Source: Torpedo marmorata
Lineage: Eukaryota
DNA: 64,000 nt
Assembly: GCA_977017645.1 (NCBI GenBank)
Contig: OZ360238.1
Coordinates: forward strand, 85,312,001-85,376,000
Reading direction: 5' to 3'
How positions within the stretch are numbered: the stretch's first letter is position 1; every line of letters begins with the position of its first letter. The position numbers and the translations under genes were made by a program. The notes under the pieces are model-generated. The model saw only the letters and a program-made list of their open reading frames with translations, ran no database searches and was not told the DNA's origin. Below are positions 51,987 to 63,034 of the stretch, piece by piece.

Positions 51987-54675
51987 ATGGCCGCAGCAGC
52001 CTCTGATGCAGCAGCCACTGATGTATCAGTAGCTGACGCAGCAACCGCTGATGTTGCTGTTAAGGACCAACGTATGGAAGACATGAAGTTTGCGGATATT
52101 AAAGAAGAATTGAAGCGATTGAAAAAGGACATAAGTGGAAATGAAAAGGTTCTCATCGCAAGATTGAAGCTGGCAAAGGAAGAAGAGGCAGCTTCATGAG
52201 ATGAACAAGAAGATAACGTGGAAATGGCTGAAATTGTGTCACCAAATGAAGAGGATGAAGAAAATGATGAAGAAAATGAAGAGGTTGAAGATTCAAAGGA
52301 TGTACAATTCGAATTGGAGAAAGAGGTAAGTATGAAGACAACATATGACCTGCAGGACGAAATACAAGCAAGTGACAGTGTCTCAAATGCTGAAAGCAGG
52401 AGAAGCAAACGAAGTTCTGGTTTGAGGTCCAGAGTTTCTCGTACTTCAAGTTTTGCATCGTCACGTACAAAGATTGATGTTAACTTGGCCGCTCTTCTTG
52501 CACAACAAAAAATGCTTAAGGATAAACATATTTTAGAACAAAAGGAGGAGCAGCTGAGACAAAAGGAGGAGCAGCTAAGACAAAAGGAGGAGCAGCTAAA
52601 GGAGCAGATAAGGCAAGAGAAGGAGCAGCTAAGGCAGAGAAAAGAACAGCAGGAGCTGGAAGCAAACATTACTATTGCCAAGGCAAAAAAGAAAGCAATA
52701 GAAGGCTCAATGTTATCTGGTGCTAGAAGTAAATTATCTAAAGTGTCTGATAATAAAAGGTCATATTTAAAAAAAGAGTCACAGGAAAAGAAACCAACCA
52801 AAAGGGTAGATATTTTAGGACCAAGGATACAAGACTTGCATATACAAGGACAAATCTTTCAAGAGCATATTGGTATCAAGTCACATGTACCAGTGGTAAC
52901 ATCTGAAGACAAAGCTGCGGCTTGGGTTCGGTCGAACGATGCAGCTTCCTTGTTATTTGAGTCAAGCATCAGAAATATGGAAGAAACTACTCCAGTGAGG
53001 TTTCCAGATACATTAGCTGCAACAAGAGATGGTGAACAGAACAATGTATTGTCATCCAAGGAAAGACAAAATGAAATCGCTGCATCATTGATTCAGTCTT
53101 CTTTACCCAAGAAAGAGATACAATTTTTGATGGAGATCCACTTCAGTATCAATCATTTATCAGATCTTTCAAATGCAATATTGAAAATAAATGCCAAGAT
53201 CGTGATGAATGTCTTTATTATTTGGAAATGTTCACAAAGGGACATCCAAAAGAACTGGTAAAGAGTTGTCAACATATGTCCTCAGAAAGAGGATTAGACA
53301 GAGCTAAGGCTTTACTGGAACAACATTTTGGCAACAAGCATCGAATTGCTTTAGCTTATATGGATAAAGCTCTTAAATGGACATCAATAAAACAAAATGA
53401 TGTAAAGGCTCTACAAGAATATACTCTATTTTTTAGAGGATGTTGTAATGCCATGGAAGATATCAATAATATTCGTGAGCTTGAAGTGCCTGGTAATATG
53501 TGAATCATCTTAGAAAAATTACCTTACAAGTTATGGGATAGATGGAGAAATTTGGCTTGTGATTTTAAGGAAATTACGGTCGAAGAGCTACCTTAAAGGA
53601 TTTGGTAAATTTTCTTGAACGGCAGGTGTACATTGAAACAGATCCAATATATGGAAATACCAGAGACAATTCAATGGGCAAAGATGTAAGGAGGTCTAAC
53701 TCACAGCCTAGTCTGAAATTGAAAAGGAGTACTTTTGCTACTAATGTGTCAGTTATAAATAAAGAAAAGGACAAAGTAAATAAGAAAAAGGTAAGTTTGC
53801 CTGATGAAAAGAGTTGTTTGTTCTGTAAAGGTGGATATTCTTTGGAAATGTGTTTACGATTGGAAAAGAAGGAACATAAGGAGAAGATCGCTTTCTTAAA
53901 GGAAAATGGAATATGTTTTAGCTGTCTGTGTAAAGGGCACATCAGTAAAAACTGTGAGAAGTGAATTAATTGTAACATATGCAATTTGAAACATCCTAGA
54001 ATTTTGCATATCCATCACAGAAACAAGGAATTGGAAAAGGAGCAAACAGAAAACAATGTTATAACCTCGGTTCAGACAAGTGGTCTTACCGGGGCCGGTG
54101 TGGATAACTGCAAACTTTCGATCATGCCTGTACAAGTCAAGACCAAGAAAGGGGATGCAACAGTACAAACATATGCATTTCTAGACCCAGGCAGCACTGC
54201 ATCGTTTTGCACGGAAGGACTAATGAATAAACTTAATATTCAAGGAAGAAGATCAAGAATTATGTTAAAAACCATGGGACAAGAAAAGGTCGTTGAAACC
54301 AGCATTGTTTCAGGCTTAGAGGTTGCTGGATTGGATGACAAAAATTTTGTGATCTTCCAAGTTTATATACTCAGAAGACTATGCCTGTGCATGAAAGAAA
54401 TATTCCTCATCAAAAGGATATCCATCATTTAGCTTATCTGTGGAAGGTTTATTTATCTGAAATTAATTCTGAGATAGAAATACTGATTGGTTTTGATGTG
54501 CCAAAGGTTTTGGAACCACTAGAAGTAATACAGAGTAGAAGGAATGGACTTTACGCTATTAGAACCGAGCTTGGTTGGACAATCAATGGACCATTGTAAA
54601 GAAATAATGATATTGCTCAGGAACAGTTAGCGATAAATATTAATAGAATTTCGGTTGTGAAAGTTGATGAGTTAA
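51987..54675 (+). pseudogene. BEL/Pao gag-protease, disrupted by stops and frameshifts
   Basis: ATG at 51987 in AAAATGG context; SAP-like motif; coiled coil; LPKKEI..FDGDPLQY (DUF1759-like, across a frameshift); CLFC..C, CFSC..H..C and CNIC..H..LH knuckles; TYAFLDPGSTASF; LGWTINGPL. Confidence 0.92.
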
Positions 54676-55104
54676 GCGAAGAGCAAAAAACTGTGATTAA
54701 GAAAATCACTTTTGAAGAAAAGAAAACAGATCAATGTGAAAATAAATCAAGGGTATTTAAAACAACATTGAAGGAATTATTTTCATCAGAAATAGATGAA
54801 AGTGAAGTATTAGAAGATGTTGCAAATAATACTATTGATTATTCATGTGTAATTGAATCAGATACAGAAATAAAACAAGTGACTGAAAACAAATCTGAAT
54901 GTAGATTTTGTAGTTCAGAGCTTACAACAGACAAAGCTAATGAAGAAATATTGCAATGTGATGTAAAACTGGAGAACACAGAAAATTGTGCTGATGGAAT
55001 AAAGAATAATGTGAATGATAATTTAATGCAATTGAATTCAGAGAACAAAATGTTGAAAGGGGAATTGGAAATATTAGATAATCATGAAAACAGTAAACAG
55101 AAAG

Positions 55105-55410
55105 ATTTAATTGTAAGTAAAACTCGCAAAGCCAGAAGCGGAAGAAAAGAATAACTGCTGAAGAAATGAATACAGTTATTGAGGAAAGAGATTCAGCATT
55201 ATCAAAATGTAAAAGGTTGGAGGAAGAGATTAATATTTTGAAAGAGAACAAGTTATTGGTTAATAACACAAAACAGTTGACTATAAAAACCAATCAAAAA
55301 TGTAAATTGAATGTTCAGCTATTAACAATGCAGAAAGAATGTGATATTGCATTGCAGAAATGTAACAAGCAAGATGAAGACATTAAAAAAATTCAAGTTT
55401 ACCGCAGCAG
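55105..55410 (+). pseudogene. MIPOL1: Captured intronless MIPOL1-like coding fragment
   Basis: Translates RITAEEMNTVIEERDSALSKCKRLEEEINILKE..NNTKQLT..NQ..L..QLLTMQ..CDIALQKC.K.DEDIKKIQVYRS; recalled human MIPOL1 reads RITAEEMSALIEERDAALSKCKRLEQELHHVKEQ..NNMRHLT..NQ..LKAKLLSMQQARETAVQQYKKLEEEIQTLRVYYS. Recognition is from memory. Confidence 0.8.
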
Positions 55411-55631
55411 GGTTGACAATAGAAATATCAATGTATCACATGATATCAAATTCTAGTTCTAAGAGTTTAAATTCTTCACATGAGAAGTGGAATGCTGAAG
55501 AAAGGAATAAAGTGAAACGACATGCTGAAGAAGTGCCTTGTGTTAAATTCAAAAGAAAAACTGTATCTATTTTGTCTGAGGAAGATTTGAGGTTTACTGG
55601 TCGACATTTTAACTCAAAGATTATGGAGATA

Positions 55632-55825
55632 AAAGAACTTTAAAGAGACATTGTAATTATTATGGATAATTCAACTCCAAGAAACTCCTGGTTACTTGAA
55701 AAAATTATTGAGCCTATTCAGGACAAAAGGGGACTTGGCGTCAAGTGTGAATTAAAACTAAGACTGGCTTTCTAAATAGACCTATTAACAAGGTCTGCCT
55801 TCTGTTGGAGACGAAGGAACTTTGA
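55632..55825 (+). pseudogene. BEL/Pao integrase C-terminal tail (DUF5641-like)
   Basis: DIVIIMDNSTPRNSWLL.KI....DKRGL and IKTKTGFLNRPINKVCLLLE followed by a stop. Confidence 0.85.
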
Positions 55826-56029
55826 TAAATACAAACTGATTTTATTTGTTGTTGTATACTTCACAGGTTACAGACTTTTTGTTAATTCAGAGTTATAGTA
55901 CTCTGGTCTTATGAAGAAAGAAGAAAGAAGATTTGTATATTGTTTGATTGTTATGGTTATTGTTATTTATCATTTATTGTGTAATTATTATTTAAGACAT
56001 TGTGTCTAATTATAATAATTAGGGGCCGG

Positions 56030-56651
56030 TGTAAGAGCCGTAGGCTTAATTACTTACCTTGGTCGCAGCGCTGCGATGTTCTCGGCGGGTCACGGAGGAG
56101 TCGCGGTGTTTGTAGGCTGTGCTAGGCTTATTTAGTACTCTGTACATGCACTAGAGTACCGACAGGCACATGCGCAGTTGGGAATGACGGCAGTGTGCGC
56201 GGTGGAGTGTGCGCGGTGGAGTGTGCGCGGTGGAGTGTGCGCGGTGGAGTATGCGCAGTGGAATAAGCGCATTGAGCATGCGCGAATCGGGAAAAAGCTT
56301 GGGGAAAAAGATGGAGGCTTAGAGGAGGGTGAGTGAGATCGCCATATCTTTTATTGACCGTTTCATGGAACATTTAACCACGTTTCATTGAACATTTAAA
56401 CTCGTTTCATTATGGTTTAAAGTCATTTAATTGAACATCTAAATACAGTCAAAGGAATCGTTTAAAGGAACTCATTAAACATCGTTATCAAGAACTGTTT
56501 ATATTTAAGTCATTGACGATTGCTGCAAGTCACGTGTGTAAATAAAGTTTTTTGAACATATCGGACTTTGTTAGTAAATTAATTGAAACGCGTCAAAAAC
56601 AAATATCTCACCTAGCCTCCAATTGACTATTGTTGCATCGAAGTCACTATA
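56030..56651 (+). repeat. 3' LTR (622 bp)
   Basis: Direct repeat of 50954-51526 with three extra 14-bp units and a 7-bp indel. Confidence 0.95.
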
Positions 56652-57489
56652 GTTCATGTTTACAAACTTCAAAATTATTCAAATACATGTGATATATTTT
56701 CACCCTGCCTCTCCCTCCCCTCCCTAACCCACCAACCTCTACTATTCTAATAAAATAAAGAGAAATGAAAAAAAAATAGAATGTGGTGAATGTCAATGTA
56801 AAAGAAAAAACAACTATACATTAATTTTATTGTGGAACACAGGTTTGCCAGTCAGATCTGATATCAAGAGATCTTCAAATCTTTAAACCTACAGTTTTTA
56901 TATATGGGCTCCATACCTTCATAAAGAAATGATATTTATTACGTAAATTATAAGTAATTTTTTCAAGTGGTATGCATGAACGAAGTTCTGCATGTCATCT
57001 TTCTAACCCTAAATCTACATCTAAATTAAAAGTTGATATAGCTTTTTTACAAGAGACACATTTGACAGAAATAGAACATCAGAAGTTGAAAAGAGAATGG
57101 GTTGGTCAAGTGGTTGCATCTTCATTTAATTCTAAAGCAAAAGGAGTGGCTGTACTAATTAATAAAAAGTTACCTTTTAAAATACAATCTGTGGTTATAG
57201 ATGTTGCAGGAAGATTTGTTTTTATAAATTCTCAAATATACTCGGAGATTTTGTAAATCTTGATAATGTCACAACACCCCACCACCCCCCACCCCCACCC
57301 ACTTTGCTCCCAACTTTTCCAATCTCTCCAAACTCGTGTCCCGACAGCATCCTTGTGAGTCTTTTCGGCACCTTCTATCACTGAACTGTGTCCTCGTTGT
57401 AGCATGGTGACCAATTGCTGATAGATTTAACTGAGGGAAAGTCAGTGGAGGCTTGAGTGGAGTTGGGGTGAATTAACTATCTCGATATC

Positions 57490-57900
57490 CTGGATTATTC
57501 TGACTGGAAGCCCGTGACCAGTGGTGTTCCGCAGGGATCAATGCTGGGACCCCTGTTGTTTGTGAGAAATATTAATGACTTGGATGACGAAGTTGGTGGG
57601 TGGGTTAGTCAGTTTGCAGATAACACAAAGATTAATGGATCAGGATCGGTGTGTGGAGTTTGCACGTTCTCTCTGTGGCCCCCTGGGGTTTTCCTCCCAC
57701 ATCCCAAAGTGTGGGTTAATGGACCTCCGTAAAGTGCCTCTTGTGCGTAGGTGAGTGGTAGGTTTTCGGGGGAGTTGATGGGAATGTGGGAAAAGCAAAA
57801 GAATAGGATAGTGTAGGATCAGTGTAAACATGAGTGCTCGGTGGACAGCAACAGAACAATGGGCCGAAGGATCTGTTTCCATCCGCTATCTCTTAATGAC
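57490..57900 (+). mobile_element. CR1 RT fragment joined to a V-SINE 3' portion
   Basis: TSGVPQGS.LGPLLF..INDLD..FAD.TKI, then GTGTGGAGTTTGCACGTTCTC. Confidence 0.8.
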
Positions 57901-58265
57901 AACTTTTACAGTGACGTAGCAAGCTTGCTTGTTCATTGACGATCACTCCTGTCACACAGATGGAGTGATAGTCATTCTGAGGTGCAAATCATTTCGATGA
58001 TAACTTAGGGGTTCTGCAGGACCTTACATTTTCCATCGGGACACACGGGAGATGGCAGGAGATGTCCAGTCACCTGTCCTTACTGGTTTGGGGCAAATGT
58101 GTGGATGTGTTTCTCACAGGGTTGACCCTGCCTATATTTGAGGCAAACAGGAGACTGCAGATGCTGGAATCTGGAGCAACAAAAAGAACAATCTGCTGGG
58201 AGGTTTGAGCAGCATCCGTGGGAGACGAAGAATAGTCGACGTTTCGGGTCGGACTCTTCCTTCAG

Positions 58266-58530
58266 GGGCGGCACGGTTGGCGTAGCGGTTAGCGCAACGC
58301 CTTTACAGCGCCAGCGATTTGGACCGGACCTGGGTTCGAATCCCACGCTGTCTGTAAGGAGTTTGTACGTTCTCCCCGTGTCTGCGTGGGATTTCTCCGG
58401 GGGCTCCGGTTTCCTCCCACCCTTCAAAAACGTACCGGGGTGTAGGTTAATGGGGTGTAAATTGGGCGGCACGCACTCGTAGGGCTGAATTGGCTTGATA
58501 CAGTGCTGTATGTCTAAATTTTTAAAAAAA
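58266..58530 (+). mobile_element. Young V-type SINE directly following a Penelope terminal fragment (58145-58265)
   Basis: A-box TGGCGTAGCGGTTAG, B-box GGTTCGAATCC. Confidence 0.9.
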
Positions 58531-59129
58531 TGGCTAAGAGTGTGGACTCACTGGGCCGAAAGGCCCTTTCTCCATTCTCTATCACTCTGAGTCAAAGACT
58601 CTGGGTCTGACTGGTCAGTCTGCTTACCAATTCAATTTCCCTGGGTGGGCTACACTCTTGTCAACTGAGTGGGAAGAAGAATGAATGTATCACAGTTCAA
58701 GCAGCTCACAACACTCATAGTTGTTGCTGTCACAATAGCTTCTTTCTGATGCCAGTCAGTTTGGAAATGACTATGATTAATGATAATATAATACGTACCG
58801 GTACATTGTAATCTAGCACAGAGAGTGTGTTACTTTTCCAATGAATCCTTTCACTCCCTGTCAGCTGCCTTTATTAAGAAACTTATCTTGAATCACAGTG
58901 CGAAGAAATAAAAACAGAACTCAGAGTGAACCAGCATAAAAAGAATGCAGATTCGCGAAGATATATTCTTGTTCATCTCCTATGTGTGAGACGGAGGGAT
59001 ACTCAGTCTGCACTTTTTTAATATGGGCACAGAAAGTAAAGTGTGCACGGCGTCCAAAACAGAGACACAATTAATGATGTCATGGTATTGTAGGAAGTGC
59101 ACAGCAACCTCTCAGACCCATCCATATAA

Positions 59130-59680
59130 AATTATGAGAGGTCCAGATCAGGTAGTCTCTTTCCCAGGGTGGGGATGTCAAAACCTGGAGGGCATAGATT
59201 GAAGGTGAGAGGGGCAAAGTATTAAAGGAAATGTGCAAGGCATGTTAATAATAATAATGAGATTATTGTCAGACATATTGTTCAAGGTATGCACCGAGAT
59301 AAAAGCTCTTTTGCTGGAGGAACACCTACATCTTAATAGATTTTGAGGGGCTTCGAGAGGGTGGACAGCTAACACCTTTTTCCTGAAGTGACTAAATACC
59401 AGAGTACATCTGTTTAAGGTGAGTGGAAGAGAGTTCAGGGGAGATGTCAGAGGTAACGTTTTTACACAGAGAGGGTGGGTGCCTGGAATGCATTGCCAGG
59501 GTGGTGGTGGAGGCTGGTACAATAGGGACAATCAAACGACTCTTAGACAGGCACATGATGTAAGAAAAATAGAGGGTTATGGGTGTGAGGTCGGCAAGGA
59601 TGAGATTGCTGTGGAGCACGTTTACATGGGTTGGCATAACATCAGGGGCTGAAGGGCCTGTATTGTGCTGGAATGTTTTT
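59130..59680 (+). mobile_element. CR1 3' fragments
   Basis: F.GDVRGNVFTQR and GGAATGCATTGCCAGG motifs. Confidence 0.8.
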
Positions 59681-60239
59681 GTTTTGTGTGTTGTTCAAGT
59701 TCTCCAGGTAGACTGTGATTACCAGAGTTGTAGAGAGGTGGGGTAGAGAGGGGATCCCTTCAGCCTACTTAAACCACGCCCCGTTTACACTGATCCTACA
59801 TTCGTCCTATCTTCCCTACATTCAATCAACTTTCAAGATTCTGCCATTCACCTACATACATGGCTCACCCAACTTTGGGACATGGGAGGACACTGTAGCG
59901 CCTGCAGGGCATACTCATGGTCACAGGGAGAATGTACAAACTCAACACAGATAGCACCTGAAGCCAGAATTGAACATGGGTCTGATGTTATGACAGAGCC
60001 TATTGGGAACACCATTGTGCTTCCCATAGGCTCAGTGGGAAGATATGACTCTCCAGACAGTCCAACAAGCCTGAAGTAAAAATGGATGTTCACAGTCTGT
60101 CAGTCAGCATGAATAAAAGTAAAAGACATTCTTATTGGGTCTCCTGGATCAACTTGCTTCTCACAATTACTGAAACAGAGGACAGTGCAAGGTCAAGAGT
60201 TCTTCCTTGGTTCCCTGTGTTAGACACATACCTTTAAAT

Positions 60240-60715
60240 TCATAGAGTTCTTCAGCATGGAAACAGGCCCTTCAGCCCAACTTATCCATGCTGATCCATT
60301 TGCCTACATTCAGCCCATATCCCTTTCAACATTTCCTTTCCATGTACCTGAATAAATGCCTTTTAGAAGTTACAGTTGTCCCATTCTTTACCATATACCC
60401 ACTGACCATTGTGTGAAGAAGATACTGCTCTGGTTCCTTTGAAATCTTTCCCTTCTCACCTTAAATCTCTGCCATCTGGTTTTAGACTCTCCCTACTCTG
60501 GTATAAGGACAATTTACCTTATGTCTGCCCCCCATGATTTTGTAAAGCTCTATAACGTCCCCCCCCTCAGCCTCCTACGCTCCAGGGAGAAAAGTACCAG
60601 CCTCTCCTGATAACTCAAACCTCCCAGTCCCTGTGACATTCTTGTGAATCTTTTCTACATCCTTTCCAGCTTAATGATAGCTTTCATATTGCTGGAAGAC
60701 CAGAACTATACAGTG
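60240..60715 (-). mobile_element. CR1 3' fragment
   Basis: Antisense CR1 tail and coding end. Confidence 0.8.
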
Positions 60716-61056
60716 GTATACACAGGCTGTCCTCCACATCTAAACATTGATTAACTTGAGTGCAGTGGAACTGAAGTTGTTACAATGAGAATATGTAGCT
60801 ATTTTGTGCATTCAGTGCATTGACCGTGATTGATTCTCAGTCACTAAGGAATATTGACAATGGTGACTTAATGTCTTTTAGTCGCAATTTGAAAGTTGTT
60901 TTTTTTCACATCTGATGAGACTTCTTTTAGTTACAAATTTGAAGGGCATTACACACTTTTGAAAGACATGAAGAATTATGCTTGAAAATAAGCAATCTGT
61001 AGATAGAAGGTCAGGACACCTTTTTGAGACGTTTGTTGGGATGTTAAATCAAGCTT

Positions 61057-61292
61057 CATGGTAGCGTCGTGGTTCGCGCAATGCTATTAACAGCGCCAGC
61101 GACCCGGGTTCGAATCTGCTGCTGTCTGTAAGGAGTTTGCACATTCTCTCCGTGACCTGCATGGGTTTCCCCTGCGTGCTGCAGTTTCCTCCCACCCCCC
61201 CAAAAAACCTATGGGATTGGTAGGTTAATTGGGTGTAATTGGGTGGCACGGGTTTCATGGGCCGGAAGGGCCTTCTGCTGTGCTGTATAAAA
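61057..61292 (+). mobile_element. V-type SINE
   Basis: B-box GGTTCGAATC and conserved core. Confidence 0.85.
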
Positions 61293-62159
61293 TAGGTCCC
61301 CTCTGAATCTTCCTCCCCTCCCCCAAACATATGTCCCCTAATTTTATCTTCTTCCATCATGTCCTCTCCTAACCTCCTCTGCTCCAGAGAGAACAGACCC
61401 AACCCATCTCCAATCTCCCCTCATAGCAGAAATGTTCCAAACCAGGCAACATTCTGGTGGATCCCCTCCACGCCCTTCATGGTACATGCTGGGAAACTGT
61501 CCAGGGATTCGTATAGATCTTCGGGGGAAGGGAGTGAAAATGTAGAAACAGCAATGATGCCCACCTCTCTGGGGGCAGGCCATCCTTTGAGGCTTTGCAC
61601 TTGAGCACACTCAGCTTTTTGTATTAACTCCAATTATTCACCTTCACTTCATCGTAGATGTGACAACATCTGACTGAATAAGTCAAATGCCACATTATCA
61701 AATCGATAATGTTGTACAGGGAGTAAAATACGAGATACTGGACTTAATTTTTTATAAATGACAGTGAGTGCCCTTTAAATTTTGTTTCAGCTCTCAGTTC
61801 TCTGCAAATCAAACAAAGCACATAAAACACTGAGGATTCATCTCAGCAGCCTGAGTGGACAGGACAAAATGAGAAGTGACAGGTTATGAAACAAAACGAA
61901 GCTTTTGCTTTTAACTGACAAACCAAGTCCTGTCTCTCTCCAGCTCAGGGACTGGAATTCATTCTAAAAAGGGAGATGTTTATTTTGAGCCTCTCTTGTT
62001 TCCTGGAGCGTCAGATGAGAGATGAGCCTGTGGCAAACAGCGCAAGGCAGCGGAAGGTTGAAAGGGCAGGGACCACACTGAGAAGATTTTGGAGAACCAT
62101 GTTCATACCGCTTTTAAAGCCTACGCCATTCACTGCACAATCCTGCCAATCACCTACAA

Positions 62160-62650
62160 ATCAGAATCATACAGCACAGAAGAGGCCCTTTAGCCCAACT
62201 CCTGCATTCTGACGAAGTTGGCATTCTGGGCTGGTTCCCACTTACCTGCATTTGGTCCAAATCTTTCTCAGCACTTTCTATTCATACATAAGTCCAATCA
62301 TCTTTTGAATGTCGTAATTATTCCCGCTTCTACAGTTTCCTCTGGCAGCTCATTCCATATATGGGCCACTCTCTGAGTGAATATTCTGATGCCATGGAAG
62401 ATACTCGCCCCATTATGTGGGTGGCACAATGGTGCTGCCTCCTAGCTCCAGAGACCTGGGTTCAATTCTGACCGCGGGATCCATCTGTGTGGAGTTTGCA
62501 CATTCTCCCTGTGACCGTGTAGGTTTCCCTTGAGTGCTCTGGTTTCTTCCCACATCGCAAAGACGTGCTGGTTGGTAGGTTGGGATTCATGTAAATCAGT
62601 TGCTAATAGTCGGCACGGACTCAGTGGCCTGTTTCTGTGCTGTATCTCCC
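62160..62650. mobile_element. CR1 3' end (-, 62160-62385) and HE1-like SINE (+, 62420-62650)
   Basis: Family motifs as above. Confidence 0.75.
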
Positions 62651-63034
62651 CGTGACAATGAATCAAATTCCTTCCCATCATTTCCTGGGGTCAATGGTCG
62701 ATCCTTTTACCCCCCTCTGCACGTGTCCTGGAACCTTGAGCTATATCAGAAGGCAGTTCAGAGAAATAACAAAAGTAAGAGCAGGTGCAAGTTACTGGGG
62801 CATTGTTCCAGCTTTCTCTCGATATTTGATGATCCCCTGCCCCTTTATAATCCAACCCCACAACTGGCATGTTTCATGGTTTGGAGTCATTTGGTGAAGA
62901 ACACAAATCTCCTTTCCCTAATCATTGGACAGGATTTTAAAGCTGCAGCTCAAAAATGACTGCAGCTTCTGGAAATATGAATTAAATAGATTAATATACG
63001 GAAAATAGATTAATATAGATAAATAGATTAATAT

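Larger units (their letters stand above)
50954..56651 (+). mobile_element. Full-length non-autonomous BEL/Pao LTR retrotransposon lacking the RT/RNaseH/IN core and carrying foreign coding cargo
   Basis: Two LTRs, 5-bp TSD GTTCA (50949-50953, 56652-56656), PPT ATTAGGGGCCGG before the 3' LTR, three gag Cys-His knuckles, protease LDPGS motif. Confidence 0.95.
50908..57246 (-). mobile_element. L1 insertion with inverted 5' segment, interrupted by the BEL element
   Basis: 15-bp TSD GATTTTGTAAATCTT at 50893-50907 and 57247-57261; minus-strand 3' end at 50908-50953 and 56652-57021; plus-strand endonuclease fragment (DIAFLQETHL..KGVAVLI) at 57022-57246. Confidence 0.9.

Noticed and set aside
52540-52640. 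21-bp tandem repeat as a separate element
   Set aside because: It is the in-frame QKEEQLR heptad expansion of the gag coiled coil
51713-52801. 362-aa minus-strand ORF
   Set aside because: Antisense shadow of the Glu/Lys-rich gag, with low-complexity Ser/Phe/Cys content
55105-55410. A genuine exon of the host MIPOL1 locus
   Set aside because: Lies between the two LTRs of a TSD-flanked retrotransposon, is frameshifted, and no other MIPOL1-like exons were seen in the window
58266-58345. tRNA genes at the A/B-box sequences
   Set aside because: They are SINE heads continuing into SINE core and tail, with no complete cloverleaf
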